Origin: Eremomyces bilateralis CBS 781.70
Lineage: Eukaryota
DNA: 64,000 bases
Assembly: GCA_010015585.1 (NCBI GenBank)
Contig: ML975156.1
Strand: one strand, 5' to 3'
Part shown: positions 37,709-51,149 of the stretch, piece after piece
Numbering within the stretch: position 1 is the stretch's first letter
How the letters are laid out: every line of letters starts with the position of its first letter
The notes under the pieces: model-generated
Told to the model about the DNA's origin: nothing
Seen by the model: only the letters and a program-made list of their open reading frames with translations
Database searches by the model: none
Translations under genes and position numbers: made by a program

Positions 37709-38620
37709 ATGGCTGAGAGCCCGAATCTGCGGGACCTCTCTACGTCATTCGTGGAGACCCATGTTGATTATCGCGACACAATCCCACTCATCAAGAGTGT
37801 CTCAAGAATCCTGTACAACATCGATCATGAGATTCTAGTTCTTGGGGTCCTCATCAGGCAGGTCGCCAGATGGGTTGAGCCTATTGAAGACCAGGAACCA
37901 GACAGTGGTGGTCCCGATGAGGCTTCGACGAAGGAAAACCGCGACAGGCAATCGAGCCTTCTTAAAGATTTTGAAAGGCTGAAGATCTGTAAGAGGCTTC
38001 AAAAGCACGCCGACGCACTCGACAAGGCACTCTCTTCCTATCTCCACCAACTCTCCCCACTTCGAGATGACCTTCACCGAAGAAGGCCAGTACGACGCTC
38101 TTCATCCGGCAGAGGAGACTACTGGACCGATCTCAGTCGAGCCATGAGTCGAGTGAGTACCGGAGTTTTCACCGACTCTGCGAACCTCGTGGCACAAGAA
38201 ATACGCAAGCTTCACTTTGCGATAACGTGCCTTCTTTCTATCATCAGCCTTGCGGAGCAGCAAGACAGACTAGAAGAGAAATGGAGCCGAAATGTCAAAA
38301 TCACTGACGATGATTTGAAAGAGGTTGAAATCTTGAGGAACGAGGTGGAATCTACGCGGAATGTCGGTGTTCGGATCGGAAATGAGTGCCTTGCCATGCA
38401 TGAAGACGGAAAGGTATCAAGGAGCTTGAGACGGCTCTACAAGGAGGAAAACGATGTGTTGCCAGTTGTTGTCGAACTGGCAGATGCACGGATTGACACG
38501 AAGAAAAGACACGGCCGAAAGCATCGTCACCCCCGAAATGATCGGCGGGAGCATGGCGATCGGCGTCCTACTAGTGAGTGTTACAAGGAGGAAGAAAGGA
38601 TTACTGTCCACAATGTATGA
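37709..38620 (+). CDS. Hypothetical protein, helical-looking with a basic tail
   Basis: Uninterrupted ~303-aa ORF in moderate-GC sequence with no opposite-strand gene to explain it. No recognised motif. Confidence 0.55.
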   Translation: MAESPNLRDLSTSFVETHVDYRDTIPLIKSVSRILYNIDHEILVLGVLIRQVARWVEPIEDQEPDSGGPDEASTKENRDRQSSLLKDFERLKICKRLQKHADALDKALSSYLHQLSPLRDDLHRRRPVRRSSSGRGDYWTDLSRAMSRVSTGVFTDSANLVAQEIRKLHFAITCLLSIISLAEQQDRLEEKWSRNVKITDDDLKEVEILRNEVESTRNVGVRIGNECLAMHEDGKVSRSLRRLYKEENDVLPVVVELADARIDTKKRHGRKHRHPRNDRREHGDRRPTSECYKEEERITVHNV

Positions 38621-39668
38621 ACGCGTGCATACTAGATGGCGGGTGGGACTTCGAATTCGCGCGTCATATTGACTGAGGTATCGAAAGCTGGTTATCATTC
38701 ACTGATCCTGAGCCTCCTTACACGTGTCTCAAGGGCGAGGGTCTCGTATATGATGATATTTTCATGTGCGCTCTGGTTTCATCGACACAACTCGCAAATT
38801 TCTCTCATGGCCTGTTGTGATTCTTTTCCTTCCATTTTCCTTACCACCTAACAGTCAAGTTGCCGCCATACCTGACTGAGATACTTGCAGAATCCTGGCT
38901 CGAGGTAAGGTCTTACCTACCTACTTACTAATCTACCTGCTTAGTACCTAGGATTGTTCATTTAGGACTAACATTTGCGAATATAGAACTACCTTGCGAT
39001 TGAATTCGAATCAACCCGACAACCTTGAAGAAGGGAGACTTAGCTCCGCGTCAATATCAGAAGATCGCATTCTCTCCCATTTATTACTATGTCCCGACTA
39101 CCTCTTTACAATATGGGAACATAACCGGTATGTTTATGTAGTATACCTATTAGGTGTCTGAGAGTCATGAAATCAAAACCTCATCGGAGTATTATTTCAT
39201 TCGCCAAGCTTCGAGGTTTCGGAAGAGGGCCCTTGCAGTGATCGAATTCAGTCTGTTGAGAAGCCTTTGCTCGCTTTGGACACAACTAGCGATTGGCAGT
39301 CTTGGCGTCAACGTCCAGCCAACATCTGCTCCAGCATTATTAGACAGCGGCAAGTTGGGACTGCTGATTGGCATGCCTCGCGGAATGCATTCACCAGCTG
39401 AGGATGAGCCTCATTTAGGCTGGAACTCACTCTGAAAATATGCGTGCGCGTACGCGACAATATACGCAGCTAGAGATAACAGCTGGCAATGAAACTTAAC
39501 GTCGCTAGTCCGAGTCATGGCGGGCAGCACGCAAAACATCAGCGACTTGTCTGTAAGTTACCATTCTCAGCTTTTCGCTGGTCAGGCCCGCGATGTGTAT
39601 TTTGGCAAAAGTAAAGTGAGTGTGCTTAGCTGGCAAATCCTCGAAGCAGCAAGGACGCGACGGTCCGG

Positions 39669-40097
39669 CTGCAGACGCTCGAGGGCCATTCGGGCGAGGT
39701 CCGCGCCATGGCCTTCTCGCCAGACGGCAAGACGCTGGTGTCGGCATCATGGGATAAGACGGTCCGGCTGTGAGACGCCGAGTCAGGCGCCGCGCTGCAG
39801 ACGCTCGAGGTTGGAGCCATCGTCTACAATATCTATTTCTCCAATGATGGCACCTCTCTCCAGACGAATCGTGAACTCTGGCCTATTTCATCACCTTTAT
39901 CTGATGGTACAGGTGTGATCAGTCTACAGACTACAACATCCATCTTCTATCTTTGTCAATGACCAATGAGTAGCCATACCCAGCGGATCCTTTGGCTTCC
40001 TCCCGAGTATCGGCCAAGTTGCATTGCTATTCATAATGGTATTATCGCTTTCGGATATACATCTGGAAGAGTTATAACTATGGAACTTGCTTTGTGA
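39669..40097 (+). pseudogene. C-terminal remnant of a NACHT-WD40 (HET-E/NWD-type) NLR gene
   Basis: [65 protein letters not shown] and LWLPPEYRPSCIAIHNGIIAFGYTSGRV. Contains stops and frameshifts. Confidence 0.85.
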
Positions 40098-40449
40098 TAT
40101 TTTCCCAAGATTTCTTCAACCTTCTCTCCGCCCATCCTCCTTATAGATGACGACTTTATATAATGTAGAGCAGCACGAGTGGCGACAGCCGATAAGTAAT
40201 GTTTGATTAGAAATCCAAAAGCTTCGAGACCAAACTGCGCCATAAGGCGATAGCAACTGACGTGATTGAAACCTGATTGGTGCTATTATTAGCTAAGTGT
40301 TTGTGAAAAGGTGCCTTTCCCAACTGACTCCTTGATATAATCCTCCATGCCATCCACTAGCCACATCCCTGTGGCGTCAGCCATGCTCAAGGGCCCAGGC
40401 CACAGGCCCGGGACCATAACAACTCCTGGTATTATAGTTATCAAAATTC

Positions 40450-40740
40450 TTACTTGGTCCAACATATCCCTGAATAGCAATTCTCTGGCGCACAGAAAAG
40501 GTCTGTCGCTCCGCAGTAGCCATAATGCGAGCAGCAAGGCCCGAACCGAGTCCCGGGGCAGATTTTGTTTCCCGCAAATAACAGCCCAAATTCTCCAATT
40601 GTGCTCAGTCCACCGTCCTCTGTATCACAGGCGCCTGAGTAGCAATTATCCACACGTGTACCACAATAGATGGCAGTGCTCTCACTGTCCCACAGTATCC
40701 ATAGATGGGGCAACAACTTGCCAAAGTTAGATAATGGCAC
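40450..40740 (-). pseudogene. Tandem hevein-like chitin-binding (CBM18) domain relic
   Basis: CCPIYGYCG in a shifted frame, NCYSGAC, and CPGTRFGPCCSHYGYCGATDLFCAPENCYSGIC. No intact 5' region recognised. Confidence 0.7.
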
Positions 40741-41541
40741 AGACGCGGAGGGGTATGGATAACACTTATGGTCCAAATTCTGGGTTGGTACAGGTCGTCC
40801 CTCCGTCATGTTAGACGCTTCGATCCAGATGACCTTCCAGACACCAGTGAACCACAAATTATCCACTCGGTGTGTTCCTCGGGGATTTTCACCAACGGGT
40901 CTGGAAGTCTTTCGTTCCTCTCCTTGACAAAATCTCCCCACTGGGTCGCAATCGGCAATACACTCTCAAGGATTGCGTATTCCCAGAAACGTTGCACTAC
41001 ACCTCACAGGTGGTTGACGATTAGTTGGTCCCATGTTAACTCACTGACTTCAAGAGCTGCCTGTCTTGGCCCTCTATTACTATCCACAATTGCTTTAGGT
41101 GTTGGGAGGCAAGTGGTCGCCTGCTGGGTTGAAGGACGGTAAGGGAAGGAAGGGAGGAACCCATACTCTATTTGATGGGTAAATAGTTCCGTTCGATCTT
41201 CAATCCTTTGAATCTGTAGACTATTTGTATGTGTGAAATTATGATTGAGACCGGAAGCTTAATCAGCACAAGAACGCCGACTACAGCGGTATCAAATATG
41301 ACCCACTGATATGCAGTCAGAGAATTCTTATTGCAGAATGGAGGCATATATCAAGTGTATTCCTTTCATCGTTCCGAGTTGCTGATATTTTATACATGCC
41401 GTGTTAATCACGGCTGATTTTTGGGTATTGTACAGAACGTTCAATCCGCCGAAGCGTTATATCATTTCAGAGTCATGGCTACTGGTATCCAAACGCCACG
41501 ATACCATTTAACCAAGGTCATCAATCATTCATCCATTCAAT

Positions 41542-44500
41542 TCATTGCCTCCTCTGCAGAAGGGGAGGCACGATCAGTCTTTCCGGGACTCCATCCTGCG
41601 TCCTCTTCCTCATGAACCCATTGCACTCCTCCACGCAGTGATACCACTCCATGAGCGCTCGTCCGATGAACTTTTCATACTCCGCCGCACACCCACGAGG
41701 AGCTTCCGCCGCGAGACTCTCAGGATCGCTTAACATATTAAGGTCTTTAAGGTAGAGGTGCGCAGGTAGGGGGAGACGAGGCGGTGGGACCCAACTAGGG
41801 GGAGGTTGCTTCCAGGGAACGTAGCCAGGGTTATGGAGAGGCATCGGATCTCGGTTTTCGGTTCCGATAGCCTTAGATTCTAGGTGGTTTCCCACCGCTG
41901 GCGTGGGTTGAGCAAGACGCAGACACTCGTGTGCCAGGGGGAACAGGTTATGAGGATCTGATGGACCGAAGTCAAACCCAGGGGGCAAACGCGGTGGGTG
42001 GCGGTGTTTCAATTGGAATAAGTATATTTCCGGGAGCGCTCGGGCCTGCATCATCGGCGCGTGTGGGTTTCGTGTAACGTTCGGGTCACTCATGGCCCGA
42101 TCGCGATAGAATTGATCCGGACGGAGCGCGGATGGGTCGCGGGGCCCAGCATTGGGAGCGCGGGGACTTGCGAACGGGGACGCCGGGAAGGCCGTCGATG
42201 ATGAGCGGGCAAAGGAATCGGAGAGAGGACGCTTGGCTGGGAGGCTGCCGTCCCCAGCAGGAGAGGCTTCGCGTGACTTTGATTTCTTTCCCTTGATGCT
42301 ACCGACGAGGCTGAATCGTTTCTTCTTCTCCGAGGGCGGAGGAGAGTTGCTGTCGTTTGAGGACAGCGACAGAGTGGAGAGCTCCTCTGGTGAAAGGGAG
42401 CTCTCCCTATTAAAGGGCTCTGCCCGCTGGCGGGAATATCGGGGCGGAACAGTTAGAGTTGGCCGGGAACCGTTCATCGTATTATCGAGGGGTAATAGGG
42501 CTGAAGCTGGGAGTCCTGGACGTGCAAGTCCGGTGTCCTGTTTGAGTATTATTCCGAACCCATAATGGATGCTGGGAATTTCAGGGAAACACGGTGGAGG
42601 GGCGATGCCCTGCGCGCTGCACCTTTGAACGTGATTACGCCAGAACGCATGCAAAGTGCCGAGACGCAAGTTCAGAATTTGCATGATCATCCTAAACGGT
42701 GTTAGCTCGGAGGAAGTTGACTGTTATCGTTATATGGAGAATCACTCACGTATCGTGTGGCCCAACTACGCCATCATACCGTGCAAAACGCCAGCACAAC
42801 AAACGCATAAAATACATCCGCACCTCATGATCAACATGCAAAAAGCACGTCCAGAACACTTCCTCGTCCAAGAACACGTCCATGCAGATCGACAGCTTGA
42901 TAGCCGCGGCATTGTCATGACCCAGCACCGGCCACAGCGAGTAGATGAGGGCGAAAAGATCCGTCATGCAGAATTTGTTTCTGAATTGCACGATCTTTCG
43001 GATCCATGCGCCCCAGGAATTCCAATCCAGCAGCTCGATCGCACGGCGACTCATTTCCGAATATCGCAGAAAGATGAAGATCGCCTCGGCGGAGATATCG
43101 ATCAACGAACGGACAAGGGCAGGTCGTCCAACTTGAATATCGTGGGTGCTGATAAGTGCTCGAAATACACCGCTGTACGCTGCTGCTAACATGTTTCTCC
43201 CTTCAATCGCATCATGAACGAAATCAAGCAACCCAGAACGTGCGTAGCTGAGCGCCTTGTCGGTCAAACAGTCAAATCGACTCCGGGATTCCGATGCGGA
43301 AAGCAAGATGGGTTCCTCGATGTCAATTTTGCCTTTCATCGCATTCAACGGGTCGTTCCTCTCGCAGTGTCGTTGAATCTTGGCTTTGACGATGTTGAAG
43401 AGCTGCGCTTGGACTATGACCATGGCTGGGATAGCCATCATATCCCTTCGATCCAGGTCGAACGGGACGAATGAAGCCATCAGAAAATGGTAGTACCTGA
43501 AGAATATGTGGAATAGATCGGACGAGTGCCCACACCATCGCTGCAACCATGGGCCGAGCAACAATCTCTTCTTCCCTTCTGGCATATCAACAGGAAGGCA
43601 TGGGAGGCGGTGCCGCATTTTCTCTTCCCCTGGCATCTCCTTCGGAATCGGATTGACCCTAAGCTCCCGCTTTAGTTTCGCGAAGCTTTCGAATGCCCAA
43701 TCACGAAGACCGTCCGGGAAACGGGGCGCAAGAATATTGGAGCTGGCAGAGAGATTGTCACGCCTTTTGACATCATTGGCTTGGAGGACAGACAACACGG
43801 ACTCAGGGGTGGGCTTCCACAGGAAAATGAGCAGATCCGTGGACCCAGGGCAGAAGACGAAGGCGTACGCGGAAGTCTGGCCGCAAAACTTAACGGCGCT
43901 GGCGGTCACATGCTGTTCCGACATCACTTGAATCGCGAACTCGAGTTGCCGTTCCATGGTATGGATAAACTTCTCGCGCAGGGTAGGTACGGGCCTTGCC
44001 GCTTGTGCGTTGTACTCTGGATCGGCAGCAAGGGATTCCTCCGAGGGACATTCCGGAGGGGCAAGCGATGGAACGGCGGAAACGGTGGGGTATACGTTTG
44101 AGAGAACAACACGCCACTCCGCTCGTTCCATAATAGCAGTGATCGCTGTGAAGACTTGAAGGCGGCTAGAGGCCTCCAAGCGTTGCCGATGTTCGCCAGT
44201 GACGAGGTCTAGTAGCGCAGTCCACCACTTATCTAGGGTGTTAATCCGTCGCTCAAGCTCTTCCGCAGGGAGTGATGCAAGCAACTTCGGATTGGCGGGA
44301 TGCTTCGAAAGCCAGACGACAATCGTCTTATGGAGAACCGCAGCCCTGATGGGAAGGGGTTTACGGGAGAAACTGACAGGAGAATACAAATCAGTGAACT
44401 GTGTTAATGTTTTTAATGATGTAGGAGAATACATACTTAGTGAGCTCATGGTCGAGATATGCAAACAAATAGTCACCATCAGTCCGGTTCATTCCCCTCC

Positions 44501-45389
44501 GCGTTGAGCGCCGCCTTACGGGGGCTCCGCTGTTAGTCACGCCCGCCTCACGGTCCGTCGACTCCTCAGCTGCAGGCTCCTCAACCAAGACGGTCTCCGT
44601 ATTGTTCGCAGCCCCAGGAGCGTCTCCGGCTGAGGTCGACCGCCTTCGCAAGACCGACCGCCTCCGAGAGGGATCAGAGCCTTGGCTCGATGCGCGGGAG
44701 CGCGAGCTCGAGCGCGATGGAGAACGGAAGATCGATCGAAGAGCGGAGGGCTCTTCGCCCCGTTCTTCAGCAGTTTCGGATGGGGTTAGGAGATTTGAGA
44801 ATCGTCGAGTGAGGCTGGAAAGGCGTGAACGGCCGTCCTTCGAAGGAGAGGGCGAAGGCGACTTGGTATCTGTCGTGGGCTTCTTTCGTAACTTGTTCGC
44901 CAGCCGATTATTCTCGCTCTTGTCGGATGGCGCGTGGCTGCCACGCTCTCGTTCGTCGGTGCCATCGAGTCCATCTACCGGACGGTCCCCGAAGGATTGC
45001 GATATGGTCTCGAAAACCTTGTCGATTTCGCGCTGGTCGATCGGCTCTGAGACGACCGACTCCGCGCGAATGACGGGTCTGGTTTCTTTCGTCTCGGCGC
45101 CATTTGCTCGTTCAGGAAGTTGGCCAGTCTGACCCGCAATAAAGAGGTCACTGGAAGAGAAGCTCGGCTTCAGGTCGATCACCACTTCCTCATCAAACAA
45201 GGCCTCCGTGAGGTCGGTCAAGTTTGGCACGCTGGCCGGTTTGGGAAGCGGATCATCCAACTCATTTAGGTTGAATGGGGGTATGACAGGGTTGGCCTCT
45301 GTTGGGGAACGTGCAGCCATCGTATTGTTCTCGTTCTGACTATTGTTGTCCCACACTCTGTCGGCTGGTTGGGGTGAGGGTGAGAGCAT
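41542..45389 (-). CDS. DUF1765-family large fungal protein
   Basis: Disordered Ser/Arg-rich exon 1, intron gtatgt...cctgtcag near 44375-44437, KWWTALL, FCGQTSAYAFVFCPG, GPWLQRWCG..SDLF, FMRLLCWR and C-terminal YEKFIGRALMEW. Start codon uncertain. Confidence 0.75.
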
Positions 45390-48122
45390 TATTTCACACA
45401 ATGCGAAGGGACCCTCGTAACAGGACCATGGGGTCTCGGGGCCAAGAGGTGAACAAGCAAGAGTCTCTTATTTACTCTGAGCAGCTCATATCCTTCGTCT
45501 CTCGTTCAAGTCACCTCGATGTTCCCCTGGGTGCGATACCTTTTCCCCAGTGTCGAGTGAAGGCCACAGTCTAGTGAACGTATTACTACAATCGCGCATG
45601 GTCAGCAAACAGAACGGCAAAGGGTTTGTCTCCTAATTGCAGTAATCATATACGGGAGCTTTCTTACCCTCTTTACTCATCCCTCAACTCGATTCGCTTT
45701 GTTGGAAAGGTGTCACTTGTGTGACATGCGGTTCGCCGTGGTGGAGTAAACTCCGGAGTCGTGTCAATATATACCTATGAATTCGCCGTCAGTAACCCGA
45801 AAAGTTAAAATTTTATAATTCGACGAGCCTCGGAGGTACCCAGGGAAGACCTCTTACCTTATGTCACCATCGAATAAGCTGAGGTTGTAGTGTCGTCGTC
45901 GAACTGAAAGATCCCGATAGAACGAACGTAGAAGTTACGGGTCGATCTGGGAGAGAACCAAACACAGCATATGGAGAAAATCGCTTGTAAGGGTCCAGAC
46001 GAGTCAACAAGATCCCCCAAATATATTCCGGTGTGTTTCTTCCTTAGGCAGCGCTGTCGTCGTGGTCGAAACGAGAGGTCGTGCTGGCGAGAAAGCGGAC
46101 TCCGAGGGTTGATATGTGGGACATGAGGGGGAGGTCGGGTGAAGACAGAGAACGCAACAACGACAACGATGACAAGCAACGAACTGTGAGCGGTTCACTT
46201 CATGCGACACTTCCGCAGGCACCAACACGAGCAATTGAAGCGACAGAATGGGCCTCAGCCCCGGGTTGAAGATGGGAGATTGGAGTTCGGGCGTTGTCAA
46301 TCCGCGAGATGGGGCGGGTGTCATATCCTTGCTGGATGCGTTAATACCGTACTGTCTGCAGCAGGGATCCCACCAGCATCAAACGATTAATCTGCGGATT
46401 GGCGGAATTACTGTACTTTCGTGAAAGTACTAAAGGTTAAAAGCAGGCCGTATCCCAGGAATTGCTGATGGGCTGCCTGTTCGGTCGCTTCATTCCTAAA
46501 GCTGTCCTCTCTCCTGATACCTCATGCTCTCAGCTACCTCCACCTGGCTGGTAACCACTCTGCACAAGCGAAGGATCTGGAGCTCCCGGTTCCAAATGAT
46601 GTGATATGCAGATATGTCCTCTGCATCGAGGTGAGCGTCTGTTTGGAACCCGATGATTCGTTCCCAGGGGACAGGGACGTCCGGCGTGGCGCAGGGTCTA
46701 AAGTCAAAGATCTGGCGTTATTGGAAATGCATCATGATCATGCACGACGACCATTCTAGGCAGTTCTGGATCGCTTCTTTCACCGATTTCGCTCGTTTCG
46801 AGCATTCGATTGACTGCCGACTCATCATCCTAGAACCACACGAGGCGTCGTCCGGATTGGTATGAGATGGCGGTGGGATGTGGGTACAATCCAGCCTTCT
46901 GTTAGCCCCTTTCCACAGCCCTATCAGCTTTATCACCTCCAGACTCCAGTGAGTCCAGACTCCAAAGTTCAGAGAGTGCCACGTTGTCGGTCCATATTCA
47001 TTCTGGGCTCTAGACGACTTATTCCGGACCGCTAATCCTTAATCTGAAAAGAGTCTTATGCAACTTCGCTTCTTTGGGGACATGGTATGTAGCCTGGACT
47101 TGTATAGGAGCATCTGAATGTCGCGGTAGACATGGCGTGCTGATGGTTTTTTCGGGGTTGTCGGCCTTTCACACTGGTTCCAGCCTGAATGTTTCATGCT
47201 GTACATAGTAGTTATCGGAAAAACGTAAGGATCTGTGTATGGAAGAGGTTTGAGGTTGACTGAATCAGCAGTCCTGGGTACGCTGACCATGGATAGAAAG
47301 ATCGGGACCGTTCATGCATGCTACTGTTCGTTCGCCTTGTTTTTTAGAATTAGAAAGAATCAATGGAAGAATTACAAGCTATTGAGGTCCGTGCTGGGCG
47401 GAATGGTCAACCATTAACCAATTACCAAGTGTCAACTCAGGAATTTGGGTGAGAGGTACGGGCCATGGAGTACCACGCTTTCTGGGCGGAGGAATCGTCA
47501 GGGTCTTGAGAGATAATGGTATATATGTCTCTCGTAGCTTGCTAATAGGTCCCATCATAAGAACAATTAGCTCAGTAGAATATGCCCTATATCATAAGAC
47601 TCAAAGCTCATATCAACTTAATTGAGAGAGCAAGAGCATTATATTCGATTGGAGCTTTTATTGGGCGGGTGGCCTTGAGGAGGGTGGATTAGACTTTAGG
47701 AACCTATCCCCGAGGACTTCGACAGACTTTTATACGAGCTTGTAAGTTCTGGTGTCCTTCACATTACCGTATTGGGAGAAGTGGACATATTCATTGCCAG
47801 ATGAGTCCGGGTAAACCTCAAAAGACCGAAATGTATGTATCCGGTATCGATCTGAGGACATTGGCCCAGGCCATCAGCGGGGTCATTGTGTTCAGGCTGT
47901 TTGGATAGTGGAAGGCATCAAGTGGCAGACTGACAGGTTTTCGAATACGGTTCAAAGGAATCAGAGCATGATGTACATTCGGCATTGCATCTCGTGAGGA
48001 ACTGGAGATCTCCAAAGTTCCCATCTTGGTTCCGGAGTTTTGAATCGATATTCATCTTTGAATCGCTCAATATATTGATACAATCCCCCTCTATTCACAA
48101 TCTAGCCCCAATAGTTCCGGGC

Positions 48123-48614
48123 TTAATGTTGCGCAGAAGCCGCCTCCTCTTCCTCCTCAACAAACCAATCCTCCTCTACGACCGGCTGTCCACCTTCCTC
48201 CGCCTGGCCCTCCACCTCGACAGCCTGCGTCTCATACGCCTGCATCTCCTTCGCCAAGTCGGCCTCCTCTGGCGACGCGGGCACCTTGGGCATCGAAAAC
48301 GTGTGGACGTGGCCTTCGGCGTCGGTCGCCTTGACGGGGGCGGGCTTGAAGTTGCGGAGTTCGCGGAGGTAGATGTCCTGGACCAGGTCGGCTGGACGAA
48401 ACGGAGCTATCAGTATACCGACCATTTTCGGGTTCGATTATTGATGGCGACTGACCTTGTCGGACGGCGGACACCGTCAATGTTCGTCGGGAGACGGATG
48501 AGAGTTGCTGGCGGGAGAGCCGAGCCACGCATTGGCGCTGGGAAGCGGTGTTAGCGAGGCAATTGGCGGGATTGGGTCATCACGTACTGAAACTCGGAGG
48601 GATTGGGCAAGCAT
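48123..48614 (-). CDS. ATP14: Mitochondrial ATP synthase subunit h
   Basis: MLAQSLRVS presequence, DLVQDIYLRELRNFKP, DAEGHV and acidic EEDWFVEEEE. Two introns. Confidence 0.9.
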
Positions 48615-49176
48615 TTTGGATCGGGGGATGTTCCGAAGCTTCGTGTGCGAGCGCTCCTGATGAATTGTAGGTCGTGAGGTCGTGATGGACAACTGGAGAT
48701 GAATGGAAAAGCTTCAAGCAATTCAAGCCGGGAGCTGCTTAATAATGTTGGTGCCTTAGTGCCTGAGGCTGAAACCGATACTAGTCGCATCAATGCACTG
48801 CACTCGACAAGATGTTGATGCCTTGCCACCTTGCTGCCTTCGAAGAGTCAACCAGAACTGCAACGACATCAGAACTGAAACCAGACACCAAGTCAGCCGT
48901 CAGAATTCACTTCTCTCCCTCATAATCCAATAACGCATTCTTTTCAGTAAAAGTTGCTGCCTCCAGGGAAGTGAATAGGGCCTTCCAGTCCTGCTACCCA
49001 CACCATGACGACGCAGAGTGAATGATTTGAGTCACATTCTCCCATTACCTATCGTCCACCACCTCCATCCCTCACTTGATATCTGCCTCGCTGCACTTCG
49101 CCACCCTTTCTCTCCGGTTTATATCTTGACCCTCCCCTTCCTCTGACTTTCACAAATTACCTTCTCCATCATCGAC

Positions 49177-50342
49177 ATGGCGACCCCAGTCGACCCCCCC
49201 CAGCGCATCCTCTCACCCGGCGAAGTCCTCCCCGAGGCCGCCGCCCCGCAGGAAGAGAAATGGCGCGAAAACCTCAACATCACCATGATGTGTCCGGAAT
49301 GCAAGGAGTTCCCCCCGAACATCGTCGAGGAGTTCTCCGCCGGTGACCTGATCTGCGGCAGCTGCGGTCTCGTCCTGCAAGATCGCGTCGTCGACACCCG
49401 ATCCGAATGGCGCACCTTCACGAACGACAACGACTCTCGCGGCGAAGACCCCAACCGTGTGGGAGATGTGCGATACAGCGATGCACTGCTCGAAGGCGCG
49501 CAGCTGGAGACCGGGATCGGCTCCGGTGATCGCTCCGGACGAAGTCGCGAGCTGCATCGCGCGCAGAACAAGGCGATGGGTGAGAAAGGGACGACGAACC
49601 TGGCGGTGGCGTACCGCCAGATTTCGGCGCTCTGCGAGTCGTGGCACATCTCGCGGACCATCTCGGACTCGTGCAAGCTGATCTACAAGACGGTCGAGGA
49701 GAAGAAGGCGATGAAGGGGAAGAAGATGGACGCTGTCATCGCGGCCTGTATCTTCGTCGCCTGTCGCGCGAATAACAACGGACGCAGTTTCAAGGAGATC
49801 CACCGGTTGACGCGCGTGCCGAAGAAGGAGATCGGGCGGACCTTCAAGGCTTTGGAGGCGTTCTTGAAGACCGAAGATCCGACGCAGTTCATGAGCACCA
49901 AAGGTATGTATTCTGACAACATGAGCTGGCTAGAAGAAGCTTTATTAATCGAGCTTCTGCGCTAGGCGTGCATGTCAAGACCGACGAATCCCAAGCCACC
50001 GCCTACACGAAACCCGATCAAGTCATCCTTCGCTACTCCAGCCAACTGTCGCTGCCCGTTACCACGGCGAATCTCGGGATCACCCTCGTCGCGCAACTCA
50101 ATGCCAACAACGCGCTGGCCGGTCGCTCGCCGCTGTCGATCGCTGCCGCGTCCATCTACATCGCCGCGTGCGTCACCAACGAGCCCCGCAGCCCCAAGGA
50201 GATTGGTCTCGTCTGCGGCGTCTCGGACGGTACCATCCGCGCGGCATACAAGCTCATCTACCAGGAGAAGGAGAAGATCTTCGACGAGGCGTGGAGGAAG
50301 GAACACCCGACGATGGAGCTGGATAAGCTGCCGGTTGCTTAA
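49177..50342 (+). CDS. SUA7: Transcription initiation factor IIB
   Basis: Zn ribbon CPEC...CGSCGLV, DTRSEWRTF, DPNRVG, and cyclin folds (RSFKEI, KKEIGR, GRSPLSIAAA, VSDGTIR). Intron 49904-49965. Confidence 0.96.
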
Positions 50343-51149
50343 TATCCTTACCTTGTGAGATTGAATGTTATTGGAGAAAGAGACTTACGGCTATTATTAG
50401 GAGCGCGTTTCTTCTAAATTCGTGTTCCCCAAATCTACTTTCTATCCGCTGGACTAATTGCACGGCGACTAGTCACGACGGGACAGGCCACTTCTCGGCG
50501 TTATATTTCATGGAGGATCATGGGATTGCGTATTCGCAGAGGCCGGGCATTTGCTATGGTCTCCAGGAGACATTCCAAGGCGTACCGGTATGGTGGATAG
50601 CATCAATGAATGTATTTAAGACATGAGAGATGCGCTCATGGTAGCTTCGACTGAAACTTATGAAGAAAATAAAAACGAATGAGTCAAATATCGCACAAGC
50701 TCGACTTTCCAATGCACATAATACCTGCAGAAGTGATACAATTGTAAGATTTATGATGCGAACGATCTATGCTGATGGGGGTAGTGCCAACCCCAAGCCG
50801 AAACCTGGTAAGTACGTAACCACAAGGATGGATCTCAACCCTGACGAATCTCTATCTCCATCCCATATTCCTCATCGATCACTATCTCAACTCCACCATC
50901 TCACCCAGATGCAGATACTTCTCACTTCATCCATTCCTTAAGACAATTCCTTTCCGTACGACCGATACTGCGATCTATAATTCTCTCCGCGCTAGCGCCA
51001 TGTCCTTCGCTCCCGTGCCTCCCGCCTGATCCGCATCTCCCTGAAACTCCCTCCTGTACATACGTATCACGCCTCTCATCCATTATACAACCCTATCTCC
51101 TCTCATCCCTCCCTCCTCCTCCACTTCCTCCGCCCTCCCTCCCTCCACC

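Noticed and set aside
39770..39970. Two TGA codons at conserved Trp positions of the WD40 relic, suggesting recoding or A-to-I stop correction
   Set aside because: The relic also has frameshifts and no 5' gene body, and TGA is used as a normal stop in SLT11 and ZUO1.
2060..40097. HET relic and WD40 relic as halves of one HET-NACHT-WD gene
   Set aside because: They are 37 kb apart with many intact genes between them, and no NACHT remnant was found.
45400..48100. 2.7-kb gene-free interval as a possible ncRNA or transposon site
   Set aside because: No tRNA boxes, terminal repeats or transposase/RT motifs seen by eye. An Infernal/Rfam scan would be needed to exclude ncRNA.
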